From NCBI GenBank assembly GCA_038208905.1, contig JBBQYG010000083.1, positions 1 to 16,726 of the forward strand: DNA of 16,726 nucleotides, given 5' to 3'. Positions 1 through 10,424 of this stretch are shown piece by piece (position 1 is the stretch's first letter; each line of letters starts with the position of its first letter). The position numbers and the translations under genes were made by a program. This DNA is from Candidatus Sumerlaeia bacterium (GTDB taxonomy: Bacteria; Sumerlaeota; Sumerlaeia; SLMS01). Under the pieces are notes generated by a model. It saw only the letters and a program-made list of their open reading frames with translations. It did not search any database and had not been told where the DNA came from.

Positions 1-276
1 GAGCCGGAGGAGGCGCGGCGGCTGGCCCAGCGGCTCGAAATCCACTACACGCCCAAGCACGGAAGCTGGCTCAACATGGCGGAGATCGCGCTGCGCCTGC
101 TGGGCAGCCAATGCCTCTCGCGGCGATTCCCCGACCGCGAGGAGCTGAAGAAGCAGGTGGCCGCGTGGCAGGCGCGCAACGACGCCGCCCCGATGACGAC
201 GGACTGGCGCTTCACCACCCCCGACGCGCGCATCAAGCTCAAACGGCTCTACCCCAAGATCGAGGGCCCGGGTACT
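1..276 (+). mobile_element. 3' end of an IS630-family transposase (cut by the window edge, probably decayed)
   Basis: Frame 1 reads EPEEARRLAQRLEIHYTPKHGSWLNMAEI...CLSRRFPDREELKKQVAAWQ...DWRFTTPDARIKLKRLYPKIE, the typical C-terminus of IS630 DDE transposases (HYTPKHGSWLNMAE motif). The stop normally found shortly after LKRLYP is missing and the frame runs on to 438. GGGTACT at 269-275 resembles an element end. Confidence 0.85.
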
Positions 277-352
277 GCGTGGAACTGGCCGGATGGGACA
301 GTATGCATACTCCTATTATTCAGGGCCAATGCGGCGAAAAAAAGACGGTCGC

Positions 353-506
353 CACCGAGTTCACAGAGAGCACGGAGACAAAGAAGAGTGGGAGGAATCG
401 TCAGAGGAATCTGTGAAGCCCGTGGATGGTCGGTTTGATCCGCCTCCCCGACATCCGGGACTGGCCTACACGAAATCGAAATCTGCCAAATCCGCGCCAT
501 CCGCGG
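353..506. repeat. Cluster of three triple-9-mer (CRCRGAK-NN x3) intergenic repeats
   Basis: 353-377 (+) caccgag-tt-cacagag-ag-cacggag; 400-424 (-) cacgggc-tt-cacagat-tc-ctctgac; 481-505 (-) cgcggat-gg-cgcggat-tt-ggcagat. Confidence 0.65.
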
Positions 507-511
507 CCAAC

Positions 512-1621
512 TCAGTTGTTTTTCGGCGGCACCATCGACTCCCAATTCGGTTCCGTGGCGCGCTGGCGCAGGTAGTGATCCACGAGGACCAACGCCGTCA
601 TGGCCTCGACCATCGGCACGGCGCGCGGCAGGACGCAGGGATCGTGGCGGCCGCGGGGCATGAGTTCCACTTCCTCGCCGCGCTGGTTCACGGTCTGCTG
701 CTTCTGGAGGATCGTCGCCACGGGCTTGAACGCGACGCGGAGGGTGATCGGCTCTCCGTTGCTGATGCCGCCCTGGATGCCACCGCTGCGGTTGGTGCGC
801 GTGGCGATGTGGCCGTCGGGATTGTGGAAGAGGTCGTTGTGCTCGCTGCCGAGGAGATAGGTGCCGTCGAAGCCGCTCCCGCTCTCGAAGCCCTTCGCCG
901 CGGGGAGCGACAGCATCGCCTTCGCGAGGTCGGCCTCCAGCTTGTCGAACACCGGCTCGCCGAGGCCCGCGGGCACCCCGCGCGCCACGCAATCCACGGT
1001 GCCGCCGATGGAGTCTCCGTTGCTCTTCACTTCCTTGATGAAGGCGATCATGCGCTCGGCCACGGGGCCATCGGGGCAGCGGACGATATTGCTCTCCACC
1101 ATCGCCTGAGAAACGGTGGCCGGATCGACGGTCGCCTCGATGTCCTTCACGCGGGAAACCCACGCGACGATCTCCACGCCGAGGGCGGCGAGCACCTTCT
1201 TCGCCACGGCTCCGGCGGCAACGCGGCCAATGGTCTCCCGCGCGGAGGACCGCCCGCCGCCGCGCCAGTTACGGATGCCGTACTTGGCCTCGTAGGTGAA
1301 GTCGGCGTGGCTGGGGCGATAGACTTCCTTGAACGGCTCGTAGTCGCTGCCGCGCGCGTCCTGGTTCTTGATGATGATGCAGATCGGCGTGCCAAGGGTC
1401 CGGCCCTCGAAGACGCCGCTGACGATCTCCGCCGTGTCGGGTTCCGCGCGGGCCGTGGTGATCACGCTCTGGCCGGGGCGGCGGCGGTCGAGTTCGGCCT
1501 GAATCTCCTCCGCCGTGATCGGCACCCGAGGCGGGCACCCATCGATCACCACGCCGACGGCTCCGCCGTGGCTTTCACCAAAGGTGGCGATGCGAAAGAG
1601 CGTTCCGAATTGGGAGGACAT
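512..1621 (-). CDS. aroC: Chorismate synthase
   Basis: Motifs [48 protein letters not shown] and GRHDPCV. Start placed at MSSQFG (1621) by family N-terminus; the extension to 1834 in the ORF track is unlikely. Confidence 0.98.
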   Translation of the reverse strand: MSSQFGTLFRIATFGESHGGAVGVVIDGCPPRVPITAEEIQAELDRRRPGQSVITTARAEPDTAEIVSGVFEGRTLGTPICIIIKNQDARGSDYEPFKEVYRPSHADFTYEAKYGIRNWRGGGRSSARETIGRVAAGAVAKKVLAALGVEIVAWVSRVKDIEATVDPATVSQAMVESNIVRCPDGPVAERMIAFIKEVKSNGDSIGGTVDCVARGVPAGLGEPVFDKLEADLAKAMLSLPAAKGFESGSGFDGTYLLGSEHNDLFHNPDGHIATRTNRSGGIQGGISNGEPITLRVAFKPVATILQKQQTVNQRGEEVELMPRGRHDPCVLPRAVPMVEAMTALVLVDHYLRQRATEPNWESMVPPKNN

Positions 1622-1837
1622 GGCGGGTTCCGGGGCCGGGGAATCGTGAGACGGGGGATTATTGGCCGGGGCGAGGTCGCGGCAAGGAGGAACGAACGGA
1701 GGGCCGCGGATTTCGCGGTTTGGGGCGGATGAAAAGAGGGAGGGGGACGTCAGCGTCCGAGGCCGTCGGATCATGCAGAACGTCCTGACTAAGGTTTTGA
1801 GGCCGTGCGGTTTCGTAGAAACCCTGGGAGGCAAACC

Positions 1838-2470
1838 ATGGACGCAGACTTTCGACTATCGCAAAGCCACAAAAGAGCAATCGGCCAAATGCCTGTCTCC
1901 GCGAGGAGGATGATTGCGGCAAGACATCTCTTCAGGCTGTCGTGCGATATGAGGTTCGATCTGGGTAAAGGCAACAAAGCGGCAGCACTGGCCCGTGCGA
2001 TTCTTGCCGGCTTACGGGCCGCTTGTCGCGAAACTACGGAACAGTTGAACCCGGCCCAGGAGAAGGTCGAGTTCATCGCATGGAATCACGAGCGGCCCCT
2101 CGATGAGATTCTCAAACTGGCAGCGACTACGGCCTGTTGCGAACTTCCCGATCGAATCGAGGAACTCGTCGGGGATGTGTGTGAAGACGCCGACGTTCTA
2201 GGGATACATAAAAGTCGCGACTTGGTTTCCGCCATCAAGACAGACGTGGACACCGTTGGCTCCCATCTACAGAACGGGTGCTTGGATATGAGCAAGGACC
2301 ATGAATATCTGTTCCATGGACTATGGTGGAACCCACCGCCGTCCTGGTATCATACAGCCACCCGGAACAGGCCAGTTTCGGTGCATTGCCCTCACGGCAC
2401 TCACACTCCGACGGACAGAGAATCAAGTCGCAGTCGAGTCTCTTGGACGGCATTCCTCCCGACTGGATAG
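1838..2470 (+). CDS. Hypothetical protein (about 210 aa), atypical codon usage
   Basis: ATG at 1838 is preceded by a good RBS (GGGAGG, 1826-1831). The N-terminal two-thirds look helical. More A/T-ending codons than in neighbouring genes. No recognisable family. Confidence 0.55.
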   Translation: MDADFRLSQSHKRAIGQMPVSARRMIAARHLFRLSCDMRFDLGKGNKAAALARAILAGLRAACRETTEQLNPAQEKVEFIAWNHERPLDEILKLAATTACCELPDRIEELVGDVCEDADVLGIHKSRDLVSAIKTDVDTVGSHLQNGCLDMSKDHEYLFHGLWWNPPPSWYHTATRNRPVSVHCPHGTHTPTDRESSRSRVSWTAFLPTG

Positions 2471-2543
2471 CCCGGCGCCCCGCGTCCCCTTCATCGCAAA
2501 TCCGCCTTTCATCCGCGCCACCCGCGGCAGGCCGTTCGTTCTC

Positions 2544-2576
2544 GCATTGACAGGTCCGGCGCCCGAGGCACCATGC
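2544..2576 (+). promoter_or_regulatory. Putative sigma70-type promoter, copy A (TTGACA-N16-CACCAT)
   Basis: Perfect TTGACA at 2547-2552. The whole GCATTGACAGG-N15-ACCATGC motif recurs at 3327-3359. Confidence 0.5.
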
Positions 2577-2644
2577 CCTCCGCGATGGCTTGGTCGGCCA
2601 TGGATATCCCCGTGTATAGACGCTCACCAACAGGCGCGGAATAG

Positions 2645-3301
2645 ATGACGGCCACATCAACCTTCGAAATTGTCATGGGAGTGGTCCTGCTCTCGCTTTG
2701 GGCGATTCTGCCACTCGCCGTTGGCGCCATGTCGGCGTTTTCCTTCCGTCGCGGCATCGAGTTCGTGTCGGAGCCCAGCAAACGCGCGACTCCGGTGACG
2801 GCGTGGTCGATGTTTGGTCCGCGCGTCCTTCGGAGGATGCGGTGGCCCTTGGTTGTGCTGGCGCTGGGCTGCGCGGCGTTGAGCACCGGCCCCGTGTGGA
2901 GCGGGGAGGAGACGACGTGGGCCAATTATATCCTGAGCGCCCTGATTTCCAGCATCCCGCTGAGCTATGTGCTGCTGCACACGGCGCTGCTCCTCCTCGT
3001 CGCACCGCGTATTCGTAGTGCGCTGGCGCTGGCGCTGGTGTGCTGTGGCGGTGCAGTGGTATGCATGCTTGCCGTGACGGCTGCCGGCTCGCTGCTGCCG
3101 CGATCGATGACGTATATCGACCTGATGGGCGACACCGGATGGGTGGGATTTTCACCGCCTCCGGGCACGCGGCCGCTCGGAGGCCTTGCGGGTTTCTCCA
3201 CCCTTCCGGGCTACCTCCTCATCTTTGCGGTGGTGGCTTGCGCCCTGGCCGCGTGGCGCGCGAGGCGCATGGGCGAGGCGTGGTTCCGGTTCCCGGAGTA
3301 G
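2645..3301 (+). CDS. Hypothetical integral membrane protein (about 5 TM helices)
   Basis: The 218-aa ORF has about five hydrophobic segments (IVMGVVLLSLWAILPLAVG; WPLVVLALGCAAL; YILSALISSIPLSYVLLHTALLLLVA; ALALALVCCGGAVVCMLAV; YLLIFAVVACALAAW) and fills the gap between its neighbours. Confidence 0.75.
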   Translation: MTATSTFEIVMGVVLLSLWAILPLAVGAMSAFSFRRGIEFVSEPSKRATPVTAWSMFGPRVLRRMRWPLVVLALGCAALSTGPVWSGEETTWANYILSALISSIPLSYVLLHTALLLLVAPRIRSALALALVCCGGAVVCMLAVTAAGSLLPRSMTYIDLMGDTGWVGFSPPPGTRPLGGLAGFSTLPGYLLIFAVVACALAAWRARRMGEAWFRFPE

Positions 3302-3326
3302 CTGACAAGCCCCCGGGCACCAGATT

Positions 3327-3359
3327 GCATTGACAGGGCGGGGGGCGCGGGGACCATGC
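3327..3359 (+). promoter_or_regulatory. Putative sigma70-type promoter, copy B (TTGACA-N16-GACCAT)
   Basis: Perfect TTGACA at 3330-3335, with the same flanks and spacing as 2544-2576. Confidence 0.5.
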
Positions 3360-3397
3360 GCCCCGCCGCGTCGCCTTGGACGCGGACGCCCCGAGGG

Positions 3398-4210
3398 ATG
3401 GTTCTTGCCGCGTTGTCCCAGCAGATCGAAACAGCCGCCGTCGCCCCCTGGTGGGAGAGCTATTTCTCCGCGCAGTATGGCGCCCTGTATCGCGGGCCGC
3501 TGGCGCCGGAGCTCTCCACGGAGGACGACGTGGAGACGGTGGCGCGCCTGTTTTCGGGGAGCGCGGCGCCGGTGCTGGATGTGGGCTGTGGATACGGGCG
3601 GCATTTGGACCGGGCCCGGCGCGCGGGAGTTCCGGCGGTTGGGTTGGAGTATTCCGCCGCGCTGCTGAACCTGCTGCCAAGGCGCGCCCGCAAGGCGGCG
3701 ATTCGGGGGGATATGCGGTCGCTTCCGTTTGCGGGCGGGGCGCTGGGCGGGGCGTGGATGCTCTTCAATACTTTTGGATATTTCGACGACGCGGAAAACG
3801 AGGGCGTGCTGGCCGGGCTGGCGCGCGTTCTGGCGCCGGGCGCCCGCCTGTTGATGGACGCCCCGGCGCGTTCCGCGATGGTGGCGACGGTGAGGGACGT
3901 TCCCTCGGTCATCCGCATGCAGGAGCGCGTCTCCATCCAGGAGAACTGGACCATCGACTCCACAGGCAAGCGCCTGAATTCCGCCGGGCAGTGGGTGCTG
4001 GGCGGGGTGGTGCAGACGTGGGCAATGTCGCTCAGGCTCTATACGCCGGCGGAACTGGAGCGGCTGCTGCGCCGCGCGGGCTTCGCCGGAGAGATCGAGA
4101 TTCGCCCGCTGGAGGAGTTGACGGCCCTTGGAACGGGCGATCCGGCGCCCAAGACCACCGACGCCCTTTGGCGCCGGACAACCAACATGGCGGTGCTGGC
4201 GGCGCGCTAG
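3398..4210 (+). CDS. Class I SAM-dependent methyltransferase
   Basis: Motif I VLDVGCGYGRH, then VGLEYS, IRGDMRSLPF, FNTFGYF, VLAPGARLLMD and LRLYTPAEL. The start is uncertain (3356, 3398 or slightly downstream). ATG 3356 lies inside the putative -10 element, so 3398 is preferred. Confidence 0.88.
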   Translation: MVLAALSQQIETAAVAPWWESYFSAQYGALYRGPLAPELSTEDDVETVARLFSGSAAPVLDVGCGYGRHLDRARRAGVPAVGLEYSAALLNLLPRRARKAAIRGDMRSLPFAGGALGGAWMLFNTFGYFDDAENEGVLAGLARVLAPGARLLMDAPARSAMVATVRDVPSVIRMQERVSIQENWTIDSTGKRLNSAGQWVLGGVVQTWAMSLRLYTPAELERLLRRAGFAGEIEIRPLEELTALGTGDPAPKTTDALWRRTTNMAVLAAR

Positions 4211-4321
4211 CCCTGTGATTTTTTCGCGAGCGGGCCACATCGGCATTGATTCGCGAAACCCCGCGGGGCGAAATCCCACCCGCACGACCCCAAGGTTTCC
4301 CCCAGGAGGATCCCCAGCACG

Positions 4322-6304
<1,983 letters not shown>

Positions 6305-6318
6305 GGCGCGCTCGCGCC

Positions 6319-7449
6319 TCAGCCGCCCTTGAACAAGTGGTCGGTCAGCCAGCCCTCGATCAGCCAATCCCGCCCGAATGCTTGAAGGGTGGGATTGGAC
6401 AGATCGAGGGCTTGCGACATTTCGGCATTCGGAGTCGGAAGCGCGATGGGACCGAGGGCGGCGGGCCCGCCGCCGGCAAGCCGCGGGGCGATCCACGCCT
6501 CCACGCGATCAACGAGGCCCGCCTCCAGAAACGATCCCGCCACCGCGCGGCCACCCTCCACCGTGAGGGACTGAATTTCGCGCGCGCGGAGATGAAACAT
6601 CACGTCGGCCAGCGACACGCCGCGCGGCCCGCGGGCGACGCGGAGGACCTCGGCGCCGGCCCGGCGGAGCGGCTCCTCCAGATCGACGCGAGCATCATCG
6701 CAGCAAATAACCAGAGCCGGGCTGTCGCCACCCTCGGTTAGAAACCGCGCATCGGGGGTGAGGCGCAGGGCGCTATCGAGAACGATGCGCACCAGAGGCG
6801 GACCCGCCGGATTGTCAACGCGCGCGGTCAGGCGAGCGTCATCGCGCAGCACGGTCTCGATGCCGGCCAGCACCGCGTCCTGGGTCGAGCGGCGGCGGTG
6901 GACCTCTGCGCGGGCCTCTTCCGCGGTGATCCATTTCGAGTCGCCGCCGGGCACCGCCGTGCAGCCGTCCAGCGTCATCGCCCACTTCAGCGTGACCAGC
7001 GGCCTGCCGAGCCCGTGAAAGGTGACGAAGGCGGGATTGATCAAGGCCGCCTCCACGCCGCGGAGCCCCACCTGCACGGACACGCCGGCCGCCTGCAGTA
7101 TCTCCACGCCGCCACGGGCCGCCGCATGGGGATCGCGCATCGCCACCACCGCTCGCGCGATGCCGGCGGCGATCAGGGCCTCGCTGCATGGGCCCGTGCG
7201 GCCTTGGTGATTGCAGGGTTCCAGCGTGACGTACATGGTGGCGCCGCGCACGTCGCGGCCCGCCTGGCTGGCATCGCGGAGCGCATCGATCTCCGCGTGG
7301 GGCTGACCGGCGCGGCGGTGAAAGCCTTCGCCGAGGATGTCGCCCCCAGCGGACACGATCACCGCGCCCACGCACGGATTCGGCCGCGTGAGTCCCTGCG
7401 CGCGCGCGGCCAGTTCCAGCGCGCGGCCCATCAGTTCATGGGGTGTCAT
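6319..7449 (-). CDS. ribD: Bifunctional diaminohydroxyphosphoribosylaminopyrimidine deaminase / 5-amino-6-(5-phosphoribosylamino)uracil reductase
   Basis: Deaminase motifs PNPCVGAV, HAE and YVTLEPCNHQGRTGPC. Reductase motifs LKWAMTLDG, SKWIT, VEGG and LVDRV. Confidence 0.97.
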   Translation of the reverse strand: MTPHELMGRALELAARAQGLTRPNPCVGAVIVSAGGDILGEGFHRRAGQPHAEIDALRDASQAGRDVRGATMYVTLEPCNHQGRTGPCSEALIAAGIARAVVAMRDPHAAARGGVEILQAAGVSVQVGLRGVEAALINPAFVTFHGLGRPLVTLKWAMTLDGCTAVPGGDSKWITAEEARAEVHRRRSTQDAVLAGIETVLRDDARLTARVDNPAGPPLVRIVLDSALRLTPDARFLTEGGDSPALVICCDDARVDLEEPLRRAGAEVLRVARGPRGVSLADVMFHLRAREIQSLTVEGGRAVAGSFLEAGLVDRVEAWIAPRLAGGGPAALGPIALPTPNAEMSQALDLSNPTLQAFGRDWLIEGWLTDHLFKGG

Positions 7450-7477
7450 CGGATGGAGGAGGGGAACAACGGCGATT

Positions 7478-7980
<503 letters not shown>

Positions 7981-8020
7981 GAAAAGAACGGATGACCGAC
8001 CGGGCCAAGGCGGCCCATCG

Positions 8021-8071
8021 CCTGCCCTTCCCTGTCGTTCACTGCCGTTTCCCTGCCTTTCCCTGCCGTTA
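8021..8071. repeat. Tandem array of five imperfect 10-mers (consensus CCTGCCGTTC)
   Basis: cctgcccttc / cctgtcgttc / actgccgttt / c / cctgcctttc / cctgccgtta; the last unit overlaps the Hsp70 stop codon. Confidence 0.8.
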
Positions 8072-9826
8072 CGCTCCCGCTTCGATCTCCGTCATCACGC
8101 GGAGCACATCGTCGATGATGTCGTTGATGGCTTCCTCGTCGCCGGCTTCGATGGCGTTGCGGAGCTGGGTGGTCTGGGTCTTGAGGTCGCGCGTCATCGG
8201 ATGGGCGCCGGAGACGGCCATGACGGACTCGGCGCGTTCGATGATATTGCGGGCCTCGTCGCTGCGGGATTCCTTGATGCGGTCCTGCAGCATCTTGGTC
8301 ACGCGCTCGCGGGCTTCCTTGATCATGCGGTGCTTCTCGGGATCGCTCAGGCGGCTGTCTGTGGCCTGGATGGTGACGGCCTTCTCGACGCCGGTGGCAA
8401 GGTCCTCCGCGCGCACCTCCAGGATGCGGTCCGGGTTGAGGCGGAACGTCACCTCGATGCGCGGCACGCCGCGGGGCGCGGGGGTGATGCCCTCGATGCG
8501 GAGCAGGTCGAGGAAGGTGTTCTCCGAGGCGACGTTGCTTTCGCCCTCGTAGATCGGGAAGCTTATGGCCTCTTGGAAGTCGCGCGTCGTGGTGAAGATG
8601 TCCTTGGCCTCGGTGGGATACGTCGAGTTGCGCTCGATGATCGTTCCCATCTGGTCGTTCTGCAGGCCAACGCCGAGGGAGAACGGCGTCATGTGGATGA
8701 TGACGGGGCGATCCTTCCCTTGGTAGCGCGTGGCGTAGCTATCAGCGAGGTCGCCCTCCAGCGGGGCGAGCACGATGGTCTGCACCGCGGCGCCCATCGC
8801 CACGACTTCCTCGGGGGAAATGTCGCGGTGGGCGTTGCGGCCGCTGAACTCGCGGACGATGCGCTGCACCATCGGGATGCGCGTGGAACCACCGACCAGG
8901 AGCACATTGGTGATCTCGCCGACGGGCATCCCGGCGTCCTTGAGGGCGGCATCCATGGGGCCGCGCGTCGCCTGGACCAGGTCGCCGATCAGTTCCTCGA
9001 ACTTCTCCCGCGTCAGCACGTGGTCCAAGGTCATGGGACCCTTCTGCGTCATGGTGATCGCCTCGACGAGGATGTGGGTCTCCTTGAGTTCGGAGAGCTC
9101 GATCTTCGCCTCTTCCGCCGCTTCGCGCAGGCGCTGCTTGGCGATTGGGTCCTCGGTCAGGTCCACGCCAGTCTCGTTCTTGAAGACACTTATCAGGTAT
9201 TCGACGATGCGCCTGTCGAAGTCGTCGCCGCCCAGGCTGGTGTTGCCGCTGATGGCGCGGACCTGGAAGACGCCGGAAAGAATCTCGATGATGCTGACGT
9301 CGAACGTGCCGCCGCCAAGATCGTACACCAGGAGGATCTGGTCCTCGTCCTTGTCGAGGCCATAGGCGAGCGCCGCGGCGGTGGGCTCGTCGATGACGCG
9401 GCGGACGGTGAGGCCGGCGATCTCCCCGGCGTCCTTGGTGGCCGCGCGCTGGGTCTCGGTAAAGTAGGCGGGCACGGTGATCACCGCCTGGGTGATCTCC
9501 TCGCCAAAGTAGTCCTGAGTATCCTGCCGCAGCTTCTGCAGGATCATCGCGCTGATTTCCTGGGGCGTGAACTCCTTCCCCTCGATGCGGACGCGGTGGT
9601 TGGTGCCCATGTGGCGCTTGATGCTGAAGACCGTGCGGCCCACGTTCATGATGGCGCCGCGCTTGGCCTTCTTGCCGACGAGGATATCACCGGACTTGGT
9701 GAAGCCGACGACGGATGGAGTGAGCCGCTCCCCCAGGCTGTTGGGAACGATGAAGGGGCCGTTCTTCTCCATGACGGAGACCACCGAGTTGGTGGTGCCG
9801 AGGTCGATTCCGATGATCCTGCCCAT
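8069..9826 (-). CDS. Hsp70/DnaK-family chaperone, divergent paralogue (585 aa)
   Basis: GIDLGTTNS, TPSVV, SIKR, TVPAYF, EPTAAALAYG, YDLGGGTFDVS, LGGDDFD, AKIELS, LVGGSTRIP, TPFSLG and APRGVPRIEVTF. RBS AGGAGA at 9837-9842 (-). Linker and substrate-binding residues are non-canonical, so it is probably not the housekeeping dnaK. Confidence 0.96.
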   Translation of the reverse strand: MGRIIGIDLGTTNSVVSVMEKNGPFIVPNSLGERLTPSVVGFTKSGDILVGKKAKRGAIMNVGRTVFSIKRHMGTNHRVRIEGKEFTPQEISAMILQKLRQDTQDYFGEEITQAVITVPAYFTETQRAATKDAGEIAGLTVRRVIDEPTAAALAYGLDKDEDQILLVYDLGGGTFDVSIIEILSGVFQVRAISGNTSLGGDDFDRRIVEYLISVFKNETGVDLTEDPIAKQRLREAAEEAKIELSELKETHILVEAITMTQKGPMTLDHVLTREKFEELIGDLVQATRGPMDAALKDAGMPVGEITNVLLVGGSTRIPMVQRIVREFSGRNAHRDISPEEVVAMGAAVQTIVLAPLEGDLADSYATRYQGKDRPVIIHMTPFSLGVGLQNDQMGTIIERNSTYPTEAKDIFTTTRDFQEAISFPIYEGESNVASENTFLDLLRIEGITPAPRGVPRIEVTFRLNPDRILEVRAEDLATGVEKAVTIQATDSRLSDPEKHRMIKEARERVTKMLQDRIKESRSDEARNIIERAESVMAVSGAHPMTRDLKTQTTQLRNAIEAGDEEAINDIIDDVLRVMTEIEAGA

Positions 9827-9847
9827 GGCTCGTGAGTCTCCTGTAGG

Positions 9848-10414
9848 TTATTGAGCGACGACCACTTTGGCGTCCCTCACCAATTTGCCGCGAAAGAAAT
9901 ATCCGCGTTGCTGCTCCCGGACAATGGTATTCGGCGCGAATTCGCCGCGCGGCACCAGCGCCGTGACATCGTGCAACTCAAAGTCCACCTCGCAGCCCAC
10001 CGACGTGATCGGCACAAGGCCGATGCCCTCCAGCGTCCTGAGCAGGCGCACCCGGAGCGCGGAAACTGTCGCCATCCAATTGGCGAACGTCTCGTCCTTC
10101 TGGGCCACGCTCTCTCCAAACTCCACGATCCGGTCCAAGGCGTCAAGAGAGGGTAGCATCGATTTGGCGATCTGGCGGATTTCCGCCTCGGAGGAGCCGG
10201 TCGCCGCGCCCGGGGCGACCCGGGGGGCATCCGCCGCCCGCCGCCGCTCCGCCGCCGCCTTCAACGAATCCACCTGGCGATTCAACTCCGCCAGCACCGC
10301 CGTCACCGCGCCCGCAAGGTCCACCTCCGGCGCCAACTCCGTCTGCACCGGCAGCCGCTCCGCCGTGGGATCGAAGGTTCCCTTCCACATCCAGCGGTTC
10401 AGGGCGGCAAGCAT
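9848..10414 (-). CDS. GrpE-like nucleotide exchange factor (divergent)
   Basis: MLPSLDALDR (cf. LLPVLDNLER), long helices, then GCEVDFELHDV and IVREQQRGYFFRGKLVRDAKVVV (cf. GExFDPxxHEA and QKGY..RxLRPAxVxV). Lies 21 bp upstream of the Hsp70 gene. Confidence 0.9.
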   Translation of the reverse strand: MLAALNRWMWKGTFDPTAERLPVQTELAPEVDLAGAVTAVLAELNRQVDSLKAAAERRRAADAPRVAPGAATGSSEAEIRQIAKSMLPSLDALDRIVEFGESVAQKDETFANWMATVSALRVRLLRTLEGIGLVPITSVGCEVDFELHDVTALVPRGEFAPNTIVREQQRGYFFRGKLVRDAKVVVAQ

Positions 10415-10424
10415 TGGCGGGGCC

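Noticed and set aside
4263-4283. GCGGGGCGAAATCCCACCCGC upstream of speA resembles the first stem-loop of an FMN riboswitch
   Set aside because: The remaining RFN elements are absent, there is too little space, and the downstream gene is unrelated.
6305-6318. Inverted repeat GGCGCG-CT-CGCGCC filling the speA/ribD gap, as a terminator
   Set aside because: The stem is short and GC-only with no U-tract on either strand, which is expected by chance at this GC content.
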